Positions 31,166-40,872 are shown, counted from the first letter of the stretch. The stretch is DNA of 64,000 nt from Candidatus Thorarchaeota archaeon (GCA_011364985.1 RDOC01000001.1:64001-128000); one strand, 5' to 3'. The notes: generated from the letters alone by a model not told the origin. Program-made: numbers and translations.

Positions 31166-32140
31166 ATGACAGAAATGACGTATCGCGAAGCTCTGAAAGC
31201 AGGTATCAGAGAAGAGATGCTTCACGATGAAAGGGTGTTTCTGCTAGGCGAAGACATTGGAAGAAACTGGGGTGGTGCTTTCAAAGTAACAAAAGGGCTT
31301 GCTGAGGAGTTTGGCGATGAAAGAGTACGGGACACACCCATTTCAGAGAATACGATAGTAGGAGCTGCAATCGGAGCAGCGATTACTGGACTCCGCCCTA
31401 TTGCAGAAATCATGTTTGGTGACCTGATAAGCTTGGCAATGGACCAAGTTTGTAACCAAGCCGCGAAAATGCGGTTTATGTTCGGCGGCCAGACATCTGT
31501 CCCGGTTGTTGTAAGAAGCGTATTTGGAGGCGGCAAGAACATAGCATCACATCACTCGCAAAGCCTTGAAGCTTGGTTCATGCATACTCCAGGACTGAAA
31601 ATAGCCGTTCCTGCTTTCGCCTCTGATGCAAAGGGATTGATTAAGACAGCAATTAGAGACCCTAATCCCGTAATGTTCTTTGAGCACAAGCTGGTCTATG
31701 ATAAGAAAGAGGAGGTCCCTGATGAGGAGTATACAATCCCCTTTGGCGAAGCAAAGATAAGAAAAGAAGGAGCAGATGTAACAGTCTGGGGAACTTGGTT
31801 CATGCTTCACAAGGCACTAGATGTGGCCGAGGAATTGACGAAAGAGGGAATAAGCGTTGAAGTCATTGATCCGCGAACCCTCGTGCCACTTGACAAGAAG
31901 ACCCTTCTCGAATCGGTGAAAAAGACCGGTCGACTTGTACTAGTAACTGAAGAAACGAAGACAGGAGCCACAACGGCAGAGATTGCTGCCATTGTTCAGG
32001 AAGAGGCTTTTGATTGGTTAGATGCTCCAATCAAGAGGGTAAATGCGCCGGATACACCAGTTCCCTTTAGCCCTCCGCTTGAGGACTACTTCATCCCAAA
32101 TCACAAGAGAATAGCAGAAGCAATTCGTGAGATCGTTTGA
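31166..32140 (+). CDS. 2-oxoacid/acetoin dehydrogenase E1 beta subunit
   Basis: LGEDIG, DTPISE, EIMFGD, HSQSLE, EVIDPRTL. Confidence 0.95.
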   Translation: MTEMTYREALKAGIREEMLHDERVFLLGEDIGRNWGGAFKVTKGLAEEFGDERVRDTPISENTIVGAAIGAAITGLRPIAEIMFGDLISLAMDQVCNQAAKMRFMFGGQTSVPVVVRSVFGGGKNIASHHSQSLEAWFMHTPGLKIAVPAFASDAKGLIKTAIRDPNPVMFFEHKLVYDKKEEVPDEEYTIPFGEAKIRKEGADVTVWGTWFMLHKALDVAEELTKEGISVEVIDPRTLVPLDKKTLLESVKKTGRLVLVTEETKTGATTAEIAAIVQEEAFDWLDAPIKRVNAPDTPVPFSPPLEDYFIPNHKRIAEAIREIV

Positions 32141-32150
32141 GGTGAGTGTT

Positions 32151-33377
32151 TTGGTCACAACCATGATTATGCAACGAATGAGCGTTGCTATGGAATATGG
32201 AGTCATCCTTAAATGGTTGAAGAAAGAAGGCGACAAAGTAAAGGCAGGAGAGCCCGTCGTTGAAATCTTTGGAGAGAAAAACGAGTTCGAACTGGAAGCT
32301 CCCACAGATGGTATATTGCTTAAAATTCTGTGTGATGTAAACGACGAGATACCAATTAGTGAGCCAATTGCGTTCATTGGGGAGGAAGGAGAAGAGATTC
32401 CTGATGTCAGGCCCAAGAAACTGACTGCTCAGACTGCTGGAGCTGCACCGCAGCCAATTACGGCTGAAGCGGATGCGAAGATACTGGAGAAAGAAGCACC
32501 AACCAAGACAGAAGCTGCCGCATCCCTTATGCTAAACGGGCGAATTAGAGCCTCTCCACGAGCTAGGAAGAAAGCAGAGGAAATGGGAGTAGACCTCACC
32601 TATGTGCAAGGATCTGGGCCAGAGGGTAGAATAATTGAGAAAGATATAATGGCCTATAAGCCCTATGAAGCTTTAGCTCCCTCGGATCGAAAAGTAAGAG
32701 GAATTGAAACCCTAAACCCCTTAAGAAGAACCATTGCCAGAAGAATGACCCAGAGCGCCCAGAATCCGCACATAACAATGATAACTGAAATTGACATGAC
32801 GGAGGCTGTTTCCCTCAGAGAAGAAATCAACGCACGTTCGGAGAAGAAAGGCATCCGCGTGTCATTCAATGATATAATAGTCAAGGCGGTTGCAGATGTG
32901 CTGGAGCGGTTTCCGAAATTCAATGCAACCTTGGTTGGAAATGATCTCCATCTTTTGGACGAAATAAACATTGGAGTGGCAATGGCAACAGAATCAGGTC
33001 TGTTGGTTCCCACTGTAAGAGATGCCAACCAAAAGTCGATTACAGAGATTGCAGCAGAAACCAAAGAAATGGCAAGAAAGGTGAGGGGCAACGAAATCAC
33101 GTCTGAGAAACTGACAGGTAGTACCTTCACGGTTTCCAATTTGGGACCTTTCAAAGTGGACCTATTTATACCGATCATCAATCCACCTGAAACTGCAATC
33201 TTAGCTCTTGGGCAAATCAAGAAAAAACCGGTGGTTGTCGATGATGTGATTGCTGTGAGATCCACCATGATGGCTAGCTGTGCTGTGGACCACAGAGTAC
33301 TAGATGGCGCCCCCGCAGGACAGTTCCTGCAAGCCCTGAAAGACTATCTTGAGAATCCGTACTTCATGAAGGTATGA
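32151..33377 (+). CDS. Dihydrolipoamide acyltransferase E2
   Basis: Lipoyl domain (WLKKEGD.V..GEP...GEK), E3-binding ASPRARK...GSGPEGRI, catalytic DHRVLDG; SD GAGGTGA before the TTG at 32151. Confidence 0.95.
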   Translation: MVTTMIMQRMSVAMEYGVILKWLKKEGDKVKAGEPVVEIFGEKNEFELEAPTDGILLKILCDVNDEIPISEPIAFIGEEGEEIPDVRPKKLTAQTAGAAPQPITAEADAKILEKEAPTKTEAAASLMLNGRIRASPRARKKAEEMGVDLTYVQGSGPEGRIIEKDIMAYKPYEALAPSDRKVRGIETLNPLRRTIARRMTQSAQNPHITMITEIDMTEAVSLREEINARSEKKGIRVSFNDIIVKAVADVLERFPKFNATLVGNDLHLLDEINIGVAMATESGLLVPTVRDANQKSITEIAAETKEMARKVRGNEITSEKLTGSTFTVSNLGPFKVDLFIPIINPPETAILALGQIKKKPVVVDDVIAVRSTMMASCAVDHRVLDGAPAGQFLQALKDYLENPYFMKV

Positions 33378-33432
33378 ATCCAGCGCATAAGATTATGAAT
33401 CTCCCGGCGCTACATGACCCAGAGAAGAAGAG

Positions 33433-33744
33433 ATGATTAACTCAAAGTAATGTCCGAAGTGTGGAAACAGCAGTATTGCAGGACCCCATAACATCTGGGA
33501 TGAAGATAGACACATTAGGATAGACTTGCCAGGGATGTATACGGCAACACTTGTGGCATATACGTGTGCGAATTGCGGATACACTGAGCTATATAGCGAC
33601 AGGATAGGTCTCGATAACGTCCGACGAGATGGCAGGTTCTTGGTCGACCAAGAAAGGCCTGAGACAACTCGTTGCACACGTTGCGGTGCCCTGTTTAGAC
33701 CGGGGAAAGGTATCTGCTACGAATACGGAACGCAAGTGGATTAG
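33433..33744 (+). pseudogene. Double zinc-ribbon protein with an early nonsense codon
   Basis: MINSK*CPKCG...CANCG...CTRCG...CYEYG: in-frame TAA at 33448-50 immediately before the first CxxC; the last CxxC reads CxxY. Confidence 0.7.
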
Positions 33745-33802
33745 TTCTCAATAATGCTTGTTTTCCCATAGGACCTTAAATTCAAGGAAGAAGAATCAAT
33801 CA

Positions 33803-33928
33803 TGATGCAGCACTTCCCTCCTGCGTCTTGCCTCGAAAAACACGACATCTGCTCTTAGCCTCGGGATCTGCTCCGAGGCTCGCTGGTGGTGGGTTTATTC
33901 CGCCACCAGCAAATACAACTTCCTTTTC
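33803..33928 (+). ncRNA. Putative structured intergenic RNA (or compound terminator)
   Basis: Hairpins 33804-27, 33857-80 and 33882-910 whose G.U pairs work only on +; TATA-like CTTAAATT at 33775; pyrimidine tract after. Confidence 0.35.
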
Positions 33929-34007
33929 ATTGCGTATTTTCCTGTAAAGCGAAGTCTTAAGGCAGCCGTGATGTGTCAAAGCTGGAATCAAAACAGGTGA
34001 CCAGTTA

Positions 34008-34814
34008 ATGCCTTGGAGACTGCTCGAAGAGAACGGTCGGGACATCTTTAGAAATCTGGCCATTGAAGAAGCCTTGGCGAGAGTGAACGTAGAATCCAAG
34101 AAGAAGATGAACACACTTCGGTTTTGGAGAACTGATTCTGCAGTTGTACTTGGTAGGTTTCAATGTCTCCACAAGGAAACAAATATCCGATTTTGCGAGG
34201 CGCACAAAATTGCGATTGCTCGGAGATTCACTGGAGGTGGAACAGTATATCAAGACAAGGGAAATCTCAACTTCAGCATATGCGCAGACCGGAGAGAGGA
34301 CTATGCCAAAGGCACGTTACCTGAGCTGTACAAATCATTTGTAGGATGTATCGCTGAAGCACTTCAGAAAATAGGAGTTCCAGCGGAGTTTGATGAATAT
34401 AGATCATGCATACGAATAGATGGAAAGAAAATCACAGGAACCGCAGGATGGATAAAGCAAGGTATTGCTTTCATTCATGGCACTCTCTTGATAGATTCCA
34501 ATATTGACATTCTACTACAATGTCTCGACGCTCCAGAGAAACAACCGGTATATCTACGAGAAGGCAGAACCAGATGCATGGAAAGCAAGAGAGACATTGT
34601 CACCACTATTCATAGAGAAGTGGACAGCCCTCCATCTGTTGAAGAGATAAAGACGGCTATTACAAATGGCATCAAGGAAATAACTAGGGACATTTTGATT
34701 CTCAAAACTCTCACAATGACTGAGATTCAACATTCAGAGCTTTTATATCAAAATCGATACAGCCATGCCAACTGGAACAGAGGAGAACTGGTTCCCAATA
34801 AGGATTTGAGTTGA
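34008..34814 (+). CDS. lplA: Lipoate-protein ligase A family
   Basis: NLAIEEAL, VVLGRFQ, RRFTGGGTVYQD.GNLN, GKKITG.A and HGTLL. Confidence 0.92.
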   Translation: MPWRLLEENGRDIFRNLAIEEALARVNVESKKKMNTLRFWRTDSAVVLGRFQCLHKETNIRFCEAHKIAIARRFTGGGTVYQDKGNLNFSICADRREDYAKGTLPELYKSFVGCIAEALQKIGVPAEFDEYRSCIRIDGKKITGTAGWIKQGIAFIHGTLLIDSNIDILLQCLDAPEKQPVYLREGRTRCMESKRDIVTTIHREVDSPPSVEEIKTAITNGIKEITRDILILKTLTMTEIQHSELLYQNRYSHANWNRGELVPNKDLS

Positions 34815-34820
34815 TAAGAA

Positions 34821-35171
34821 ATGGACAATGACGTGGAAAAGACACTCAAAAGCTTCCAGAAACACTTCGGTGCATTGAACAGAGATATCCCTGATACGCG
34901 AAATGCGTTTACAGACTTGCTGAAAACAGTTCACAAGGATGGAGCACTGCCTGCGAAATTTAAGGAGATAATTTGCATAGTAGCTTCAATTCTGGCTCCA
35001 TGTGAATCGTGCATGGTCTATCATACAAAGCAGGCGCTATCAGCAGGTGCGACAAGAGAAGAAATAATGGAAGCTGCAGCTGTGGCAATAGTGATGGGTG
35101 GGGGACCAGCATCGACGCACATTGCAACTGTCCAAGATGCATTGGACTTGTGGGCTCCAAGAAAGGAATAG
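34821..35171 (+). CDS. Carboxymuconolactone decarboxylase/AhpD family protein
   Basis: GALPAKFKEII, CESC..YH, GATREEIMEA, MGGGP. Confidence 0.9.
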   Translation: MDNDVEKTLKSFQKHFGALNRDIPDTRNAFTDLLKTVHKDGALPAKFKEIICIVASILAPCESCMVYHTKQALSAGATREEIMEAAAVAIVMGGGPASTHIATVQDALDLWAPRKE

Positions 35172-35229
35172 AAACCATTTGGAAATTCTAGACATTCAAA
35201 TACTTGAGCGTGAATCCGGACCCAAATTA

Positions 35230-36285
35230 CTACAGCTCTGTGAAAAGGACCTTTATTGCTTGTTGGGATTCCATCAGGTCGAACCCGTGTTCCCAATCAC
35301 TAAGAGGAATACGATGGGTAATGAGTGAACTGAGACTCAGCTTCTTTGTTTCCATTAGCTTCAAGGTTGTGACCCACGATGAAGGCAGTGTGCCCCATGT
35401 ACCAGTCATGGTAAGCTCCTTTACGATGATGGGGTCCAAATCAATCGTGGCGGGCTGACCTCTTACTCCTATTAGGCAGATATGTCCTGCAACCTTGACG
35501 AATCTCAAGGCCTGTGTACAAGCAATGCAGGCTCCGGAGGCCTCGATGACAACATCAGCTCCAAGTCCCTTGGTGAGGTCTCGTATAATACTGTCGGCAT
35601 CAGACTCGGTTTGAACATCGATTGTCACATCAGCGCCCATTCTTTCGGCAATATCAAGACGCCATCTGTCAGAGCTAACTCCGGTAACAATGACTTTCCC
35701 AGCACCCATTGCTTTTGCTACTTGCACTGAAATCAAACCCATTGTACCAGGCCCTTGAACGACGATAGTGTCTCCTGGGCAGATGTTTATTTTTTCAGTC
35801 ACTCCGTGCACGACGCAGGCTGTTGGTTCAGCAAGTGCAGCTTCCTCTAAGGAAACCCCCTCGGGGACCTTGTGAATGATGTATTCTGGAGCTGTGAGGT
35901 ACTTCGCAAAGGCACCATTGGCCAGAGATACGCCTAGGATTTTCTTGTCGGATGCAGTACACCGGTTCATGTGACCTGTCTTACAATGATAGCAGCGCCC
36001 ACAATATGCAGTAGCAGGAGAAACTACTAGATCGCCCACTTGAATATCCTGCACATCATTGCCAACCTCAACAACCTTCCCGGAATACTCATGTCCGAGG
36101 ATGACAGGAGGCGTGTAGAAGGCGGTGTCATGCTTGATGTGAACATCGCTCCCGCAAATCCCCGCAGCTGCTACCTCAATCAAAACTTCATTCCTGTCAG
36201 GAGATGGCACGTCAACATCCCGGAGCTCCATGTTGCCGGGTCCACGAGCGATCTTCATTAGTCCTTTCATAGGCTCTGACCTCAT
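35230..36285 (-). CDS. Zn-dependent alcohol dehydrogenase (sorbitol/threonine DH-like MDR)
   Basis: GICGSDVH, LGHEYSG, CGRCYHC..G..NRC, GPGTMG. Confidence 0.93.
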   Translation of the reverse strand: MRSEPMKGLMKIARGPGNMELRDVDVPSPDRNEVLIEVAAAGICGSDVHIKHDTAFYTPPVILGHEYSGKVVEVGNDVQDIQVGDLVVSPATAYCGRCYHCKTGHMNRCTASDKKILGVSLANGAFAKYLTAPEYIIHKVPEGVSLEEAALAEPTACVVHGVTEKINICPGDTIVVQGPGTMGLISVQVAKAMGAGKVIVTGVSSDRWRLDIAERMGADVTIDVQTESDADSIIRDLTKGLGADVVIEASGACIACTQALRFVKVAGHICLIGVRGQPATIDLDPIIVKELTMTGTWGTLPSSWVTTLKLMETKKLSLSSLITHRIPLSDWEHGFDLMESQQAIKVLFTEL

Positions 36286-36322
36286 GATTGTCGAAACCTG
36301 TACTGTTATAGAATCTTGTGGC

Positions 36323-36598
36323 CTATTCTTGAACCAATGCAGTGAAAAAGTGAGGGCTCTCTTGACCCTCGTCCAACGATCTGACTCTAAAACCAGTTCC
36401 CAAATCGTTTCTCATTTTGTTTGCAGTTCGAGCACCCACAAACCGCAGACGAACTCCAGCAACCTTGCCAATCCATAACCAGATGCTTCTTGTGGACTCA
36501 TCAATGACGCAATACACTGAATCGGATTGCAGCGTCTCCTTGGTCACACTCACCTCCAAGGTGGTGCCATCGTCCTGCATCAGTAAGACATTGGCCAT
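36323..36598 (-). CDS. Single-domain gelsolin-like protein
   Basis: 91 aa from the ATG at 36598: LQSDSVYCVID...IWLWIGKVA.VR.RF..A..A...V..LDEGQESPHF, matching the gelsolin-repeat consensus. Confidence 0.85.
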   Translation of the reverse strand: MANVLLMQDDGTTLEVSVTKETLQSDSVYCVIDESTRSIWLWIGKVAGVRLRFVGARTANKMRNDLGTGFRVRSLDEGQESPHFFTALVQE

Positions 36599-36650
36599 GT
36601 TTATTCGCCGGAATACCTTGCTATTAAGTCGGTGTGATATTGTATTGAAA

Positions 36651-37019
36651 TCAGATTCTGTCGAACTGAGCTCGTACCGTACCACCACAATAATTGCATC
36701 GGGCTTCCAGAGGACCCGTCCAGTCAATGTCTTCGTGTGTGAGGCTTGCTCCACATGATGGACATCTTTCGGGCAATCGGACTGTTCGAATCTCGGAGCC
36801 ATCGCTTCTGGTTTGCCCGCGGTATCTTTTGGGGATGACAAATGACGGCGCTTCTGTCCTGAAACCATCAATTGCTTGAGTGCTGGCTTGACACGCCTTC
36901 CCCATGATAACAATAATCAAGATGCATAGAATGGCGGGAATAATGAAGAACATTAGTGAGAATACACCGAATACCTCCCAAAAGATACCAAAGAGATTAT
37001 CAAAGACTCCGAACTGCAT
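36651..37019 (-). CDS. Membrane-anchored protein with a C-terminal zinc ribbon
   Basis: N-terminal TM region; CPSCGA...CNYCG. Confidence 0.78.
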   Translation of the reverse strand: MQFGVFDNLFGIFWEVFGVFSLMFFIIPAILCILIIVIMGKACQASTQAIDGFRTEAPSFVIPKRYRGQTRSDGSEIRTVRLPERCPSCGASLTHEDIDWTGPLEARCNYCGGTVRAQFDRI

Positions 37020-37413
37020 ATGATTGTCCTCAAGCGAATTCTGCTGCGCCAATGCAGATTATTGCACTTATTATCTTTGTCAAAAGGATTTAGATTTTCT
37101 TTGGATACGCATCTAATCAGCCATCTTCCTTCAGCTCCTAATGGAGAACCATCGCAAGAAGCCTCAGCTCCAAAGATAGTGCCTTACTGCAAAACGGGAT
37201 GTCCTATATGAATATCCTTAATCTGTGCATGAATCTTCATAGTGAGCTTTCTTGGAACAATACTTTGAAGTCTAATTCTCCTACCTCGATCGCCCAAGAA
37301 TGGCATGATTGCCTCCGATCTTCGCAAATCCTATAAATTATCCAACTTCGCAACGTATAAAAGATTCCCACTCTTCCGTCCATCCTAGAAACCTCATTGG
37401 AGGAACGTATCGT

Positions 37414-37773
37414 ATGAAAATCCCACCAAGCATTCTGAAAAGGCTCTATGTGAAGAATAGCCTTGAGAATTCAGAAGATGGATTTAGCTTCAAAATAAAG
37501 AACGCACTAGCAAATGGCACAGCTGTTTCAATGTCTCCAGTCAAAGTTGATGGAACAGAATACCCACTAGATGCCACAGTTATCAAGACTAGTGACGGTG
37601 ATATACCTGCGGCAGAAGTATCAGGCGGCAATCCTGCACCAATCAAGGTTGGCGTTGAAGTTGTCATTCATGTGACAGCAGATCCACTTTCTGAAGGCGC
37701 TCACACAATTGGCATTGCGCTTGAAACCAGGGAAATTGGAGAGATTGCTTTCGAGGTCGATGATGAGATCTAA
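37414..37773 (+). CDS. Small beta-sandwich hypothetical protein
   Basis: MKIPPSILKRLYVKNSLENSEDGFSFKIKN...; SD GGAGG upstream of the ATG at 37414. Confidence 0.8.
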   Translation: MKIPPSILKRLYVKNSLENSEDGFSFKIKNALANGTAVSMSPVKVDGTEYPLDATVIKTSDGDIPAAEVSGGNPAPIKVGVEVVIHVTADPLSEGAHTIGIALETREIGEIAFEVDDEI

Positions 37774-38134
37774 GCTATGAAAAAGTAAGCACAAGATGTT
37801 GCCCCTTCTGCATTCCCTTTTGTCTTACTTTACATGATCACATGATTATCTCCTAGGTTTCTGCGAGGAATACCATCAACAGAACAAGAATGAGAACTAC
37901 TACCTAAGTGATCAGGAATAGTGCATTTCCTTCTCAGTTACTTTGATATTTGTAAAAAGGGTATGTTAGATCCTGATCAGTTTGGATGCCATTATCCAGC
38001 TCGTTCTACGATTCGCCCTCATCACTCATTTGCATCAGGGATTTTCTCTATGTTCAACTCATCATATCACAGATAGGGATTCGGGCTAAGGTCTTGCCGG
38101 AATAGTTTTCTGCATTTCCTGTTCCTTTATCACG

Positions 38135-39058
38135 GTGGTTAGCGACATGTACGTTAAGATCAGACAAGATGGTGCAATTGGCATTGGCCGCGCAACTGAA
38201 GGACAAGCCGAAATCACAATGGGGTATGGAGAAGCACACATGATTGCTGCAGCACTAGAGAAGCTGGCTCAGACAGCACGCAGCTACAAGCAGGTTTACC
38301 ACAAGACGACTGATGTCGGAGGGGGAAACAAAATCGAGTTTGAGCGGACTGACGATGGTACTATATCCATTTCCGGCGACAAGCAGTCCTACTTCTGTAC
38401 TGAATGGGAAGTTCGCGACCTCGCAGAGAAGCTGAAGCATTTGCCGCCCGTAGAGGTGGCCCCTCCATCAGACTATGCGAAAAAAATCACTCCAAACAAA
38501 GGATTCTGCATAAATCTAACAAACGGTGGACAGATAATTAGGCTCAAGCTGGCGGATGCCGCCTTGGTGAAGATAGCAGTTCAAAGCAGTGTGAATAGTC
38601 GCTTCTACGATGAAGTTATAGATCTTGCAGATCGCAAGATTACCGTCAGAAGAAGCAGCGATCTGAAGTGGGAACTTGGAGATGGTAATAGCACGGTCAG
38701 GTTCACTGCCTACGAAGTTGAAGCGTTACTTACAGGACTTCATAATGCTGTGCTTGATGTTCTAATGGATATGGTCAAGTCCTTGGGCAGTGACGATTTG
38801 GCCGATATCAGAGCAAAATCACAGATTCAACGAATCGAGCAAGAATCAACCAAACTTCTGACTGATTACTCCAAGGGAAAGGGAATCACGAAAACCCTTC
38901 TGAAGAGCGCAAAGAGAATCCTTGGAAAAGGAATGGACGCGGACAGTCGCACAAACGAGTTCATAGATATCTGCAGATATGTTCTGGGAAATACTGACCC
39001 AAGATATCAAGGGCCAATTCTCGAACTTCTATCAACCACCTTTGTAGGGGAGTCCTGA
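38135..39058 (+). CDS. Hypothetical protein with four beta-meander/helix repeats (PUR/Whirly/PC4-like pattern) and a helical C-domain
   Basis: 307-aa ORF; each repeat ends strand-hydrophobic-x-x-x-E/D-A/V-helix (ITMGYGEA, YFCTEWEV, IRLKLADA, VRFTAYEV). Confidence 0.75.
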   Translation: MVSDMYVKIRQDGAIGIGRATEGQAEITMGYGEAHMIAAALEKLAQTARSYKQVYHKTTDVGGGNKIEFERTDDGTISISGDKQSYFCTEWEVRDLAEKLKHLPPVEVAPPSDYAKKITPNKGFCINLTNGGQIIRLKLADAALVKIAVQSSVNSRFYDEVIDLADRKITVRRSSDLKWELGDGNSTVRFTAYEVEALLTGLHNAVLDVLMDMVKSLGSDDLADIRAKSQIQRIEQESTKLLTDYSKGKGITKTLLKSAKRILGKGMDADSRTNEFIDICRYVLGNTDPRYQGPILELLSTTFVGES

Positions 39059-39071
39059 CATTCCTGTATAA

Positions 39072-40511
39072 TCATTCAGAGAAGCATCTTGAGTCACTTT
39101 CAAGTAATGCAGTGGACCATGGATATCTCTCAATTATCCGCTGCATCAGTCGTCGGACCTTCCGCTCCTCAGAGGTGCCTTCATAGACCAGAAGAATGAC
39201 GAGTCCTCCTCGAGTTCTCTTGAATTTCTGATACATTGTCTTAGAAGTGTTTATCGAATCGCAAACAACCATCACTTCAGCTTGGGGAATGTCAAGATCT
39301 CTCTCACCAACTGGAGACATGATTAGCACCCTAGCATCATCATTCTCACGAAATTCCCTGAGAACTTCGCCCTTGTTTGGCTTTTTTCCAGTGATCGTAA
39401 GAACTCGGACCTGTGCCTTTTCCAAGACATCTTGGATTTGGGAAACCATCTCAAGATAGGAGGTTAGGATGAGAACCTTCTTGTACTTCAGCGAAATCTG
39501 GAACGCGCGAGTGACTTTTGCTGATATTCTTGGAAGAGCCTTCCGAAGTTGGCTGACATTGAAATAGTGTTTCAGATAATCAGAATGGAACATCTTCAGA
39601 AACTGCCTTGGTGGCATTGCGAAGATATATTTCCGAAGCAACAGAAGACCAGAGTATCTTCCCTTCAGCTCTTCGGCTATAGGAAGACGCTCAATCATCA
39701 GATGCACTCGTCGTATGTCACCATCAATCAAATCGAGATTGTCACCCTCAACAAGCTGGTTTACAATTTCAGAGCGAGTATTTCGAATGAGTTCATCCAA
39801 GACTCTGGCGATTGAACGTATCCGAACATCGACGACTGGAGAGATAGTAACAAAGGTTGGTTCCAAATAGGACTCTACATCGGTTCCGTAAAGCTCATTC
39901 ATAGAGATTAGTTCTGAATTGGGGATATGCTGTGTCAGAGTCTTGAGTTCATTTCTTATTTCTACTTGCTCTTGGGTGAATATTGCATGATCATCACGCA
40001 GTGTGCCACTCATTCCAATTAGCCACTTGTCATCAAACAGGGAAAGCAGTGTTGGCCAAGGAAACACAAGTGCAGTTCGGCCGCCACTGCGGCGGATTAG
40101 CGTATCAACCTCATTAATCAGCAGCGCATCAAAAGACTCGAAAAGGCCCATGTCTTTTTTGGCCAAACCAGCAAGGACTTGCGGAGTAGCCACAACGACT
40201 CTACTCTCCTTTAAAACCGAAGGCCTACGACCAGAAGACACTCTCGATGACAACTCCCCCAATTCATTATCAAGTCCACCATATTCACCACGGAGGTAGT
40301 CAATGGTTTCTGCAAGTGATGAAGAGGAGTGAACCACGATAATGAAGCGTAAGCCAGGAAAAATCTCCGACACTATCTTGTGTGTAATGAATCGCTTCCC
40401 AAGCCCGCAGTCAAGCTCAAGAAGGAGATTTGTGCCCTTGAGCTGCCTTATTCGGTCCAAGATGTATGTCTGATAACCGCGAGTGGTGTACTTGGATTTC
40501 TCACTTGACAT
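39072..40511 (-). CDS. SF2 Hef/FANCM-like helicase homologue with degenerate motifs
   Basis: Q motif RGYQ, LDCGLGKR, VVVATPQ, LINEVD, IGMSGT, VGERDLDIPQ, QKFKRTR. Confidence 0.8.
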   Translation of the reverse strand: MSSEKSKYTTRGYQTYILDRIRQLKGTNLLLELDCGLGKRFITHKIVSEIFPGLRFIIVVHSSSSLAETIDYLRGEYGGLDNELGELSSRVSSGRRPSVLKESRVVVATPQVLAGLAKKDMGLFESFDALLINEVDTLIRRSGGRTALVFPWPTLLSLFDDKWLIGMSGTLRDDHAIFTQEQVEIRNELKTLTQHIPNSELISMNELYGTDVESYLEPTFVTISPVVDVRIRSIARVLDELIRNTRSEIVNQLVEGDNLDLIDGDIRRVHLMIERLPIAEELKGRYSGLLLLRKYIFAMPPRQFLKMFHSDYLKHYFNVSQLRKALPRISAKVTRAFQISLKYKKVLILTSYLEMVSQIQDVLEKAQVRVLTITGKKPNKGEVLREFRENDDARVLIMSPVGERDLDIPQAEVMVVCDSINTSKTMYQKFKRTRGGLVILLVYEGTSEERKVRRLMQRIIERYPWSTALLESDSRCFSE

Positions 40512-40608
40512 TTCACTAGCTCATCCATTCAGTGAGTTAAGAACTCGTTTCGAAAGCCAAGATAGACTGTTTTATGGGTCTTATAATGTTTGACAAGTAC
40601 TGCATTTT

Positions 40609-40872
40609 GTGAGAACTACACGAGTAGTACGCAAGTGGGATAGAGATAGAACTGCGTTTGTTGATGTTATTGTCCAAACAGAGCTGGACGCGAGTGTTTC
40701 TTGCAGAAACTGCAGGTATTATCAGCACAACGAAGGTATCTGCGAAGGAGTAGCCTCCAGTTACTATAAGAAGAAGACACCATCCGCTGAACTCATACCT
40801 CCATCTTCAGAATGCGAAATAAGGTTGTCGCCGGGTCTTCTTGCCTTTGTCTGGTCTATCAAAAGCTCTTGA
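40609..40872 (+). CDS. Small Cys-containing hypothetical protein
   Basis: 87 aa with CRNC..Y...C...C; fills the gap divergent from the helicase-like gene. Confidence 0.5.
   Translation: MRTTRVVRKWDRDRTAFVDVIVQTELDASVSCRNCRYYQHNEGICEGVASSYYKKKTPSAELIPPSSECEIRLSPGLLAFVWSIKSS

Noticed and set aside
36599-36913. 105-aa N-terminal extension of the gelsolin ORF
   Set aside because: It overlaps the Zn-ribbon gene in another frame; the gelsolin domain starts at the ATG at 36598.
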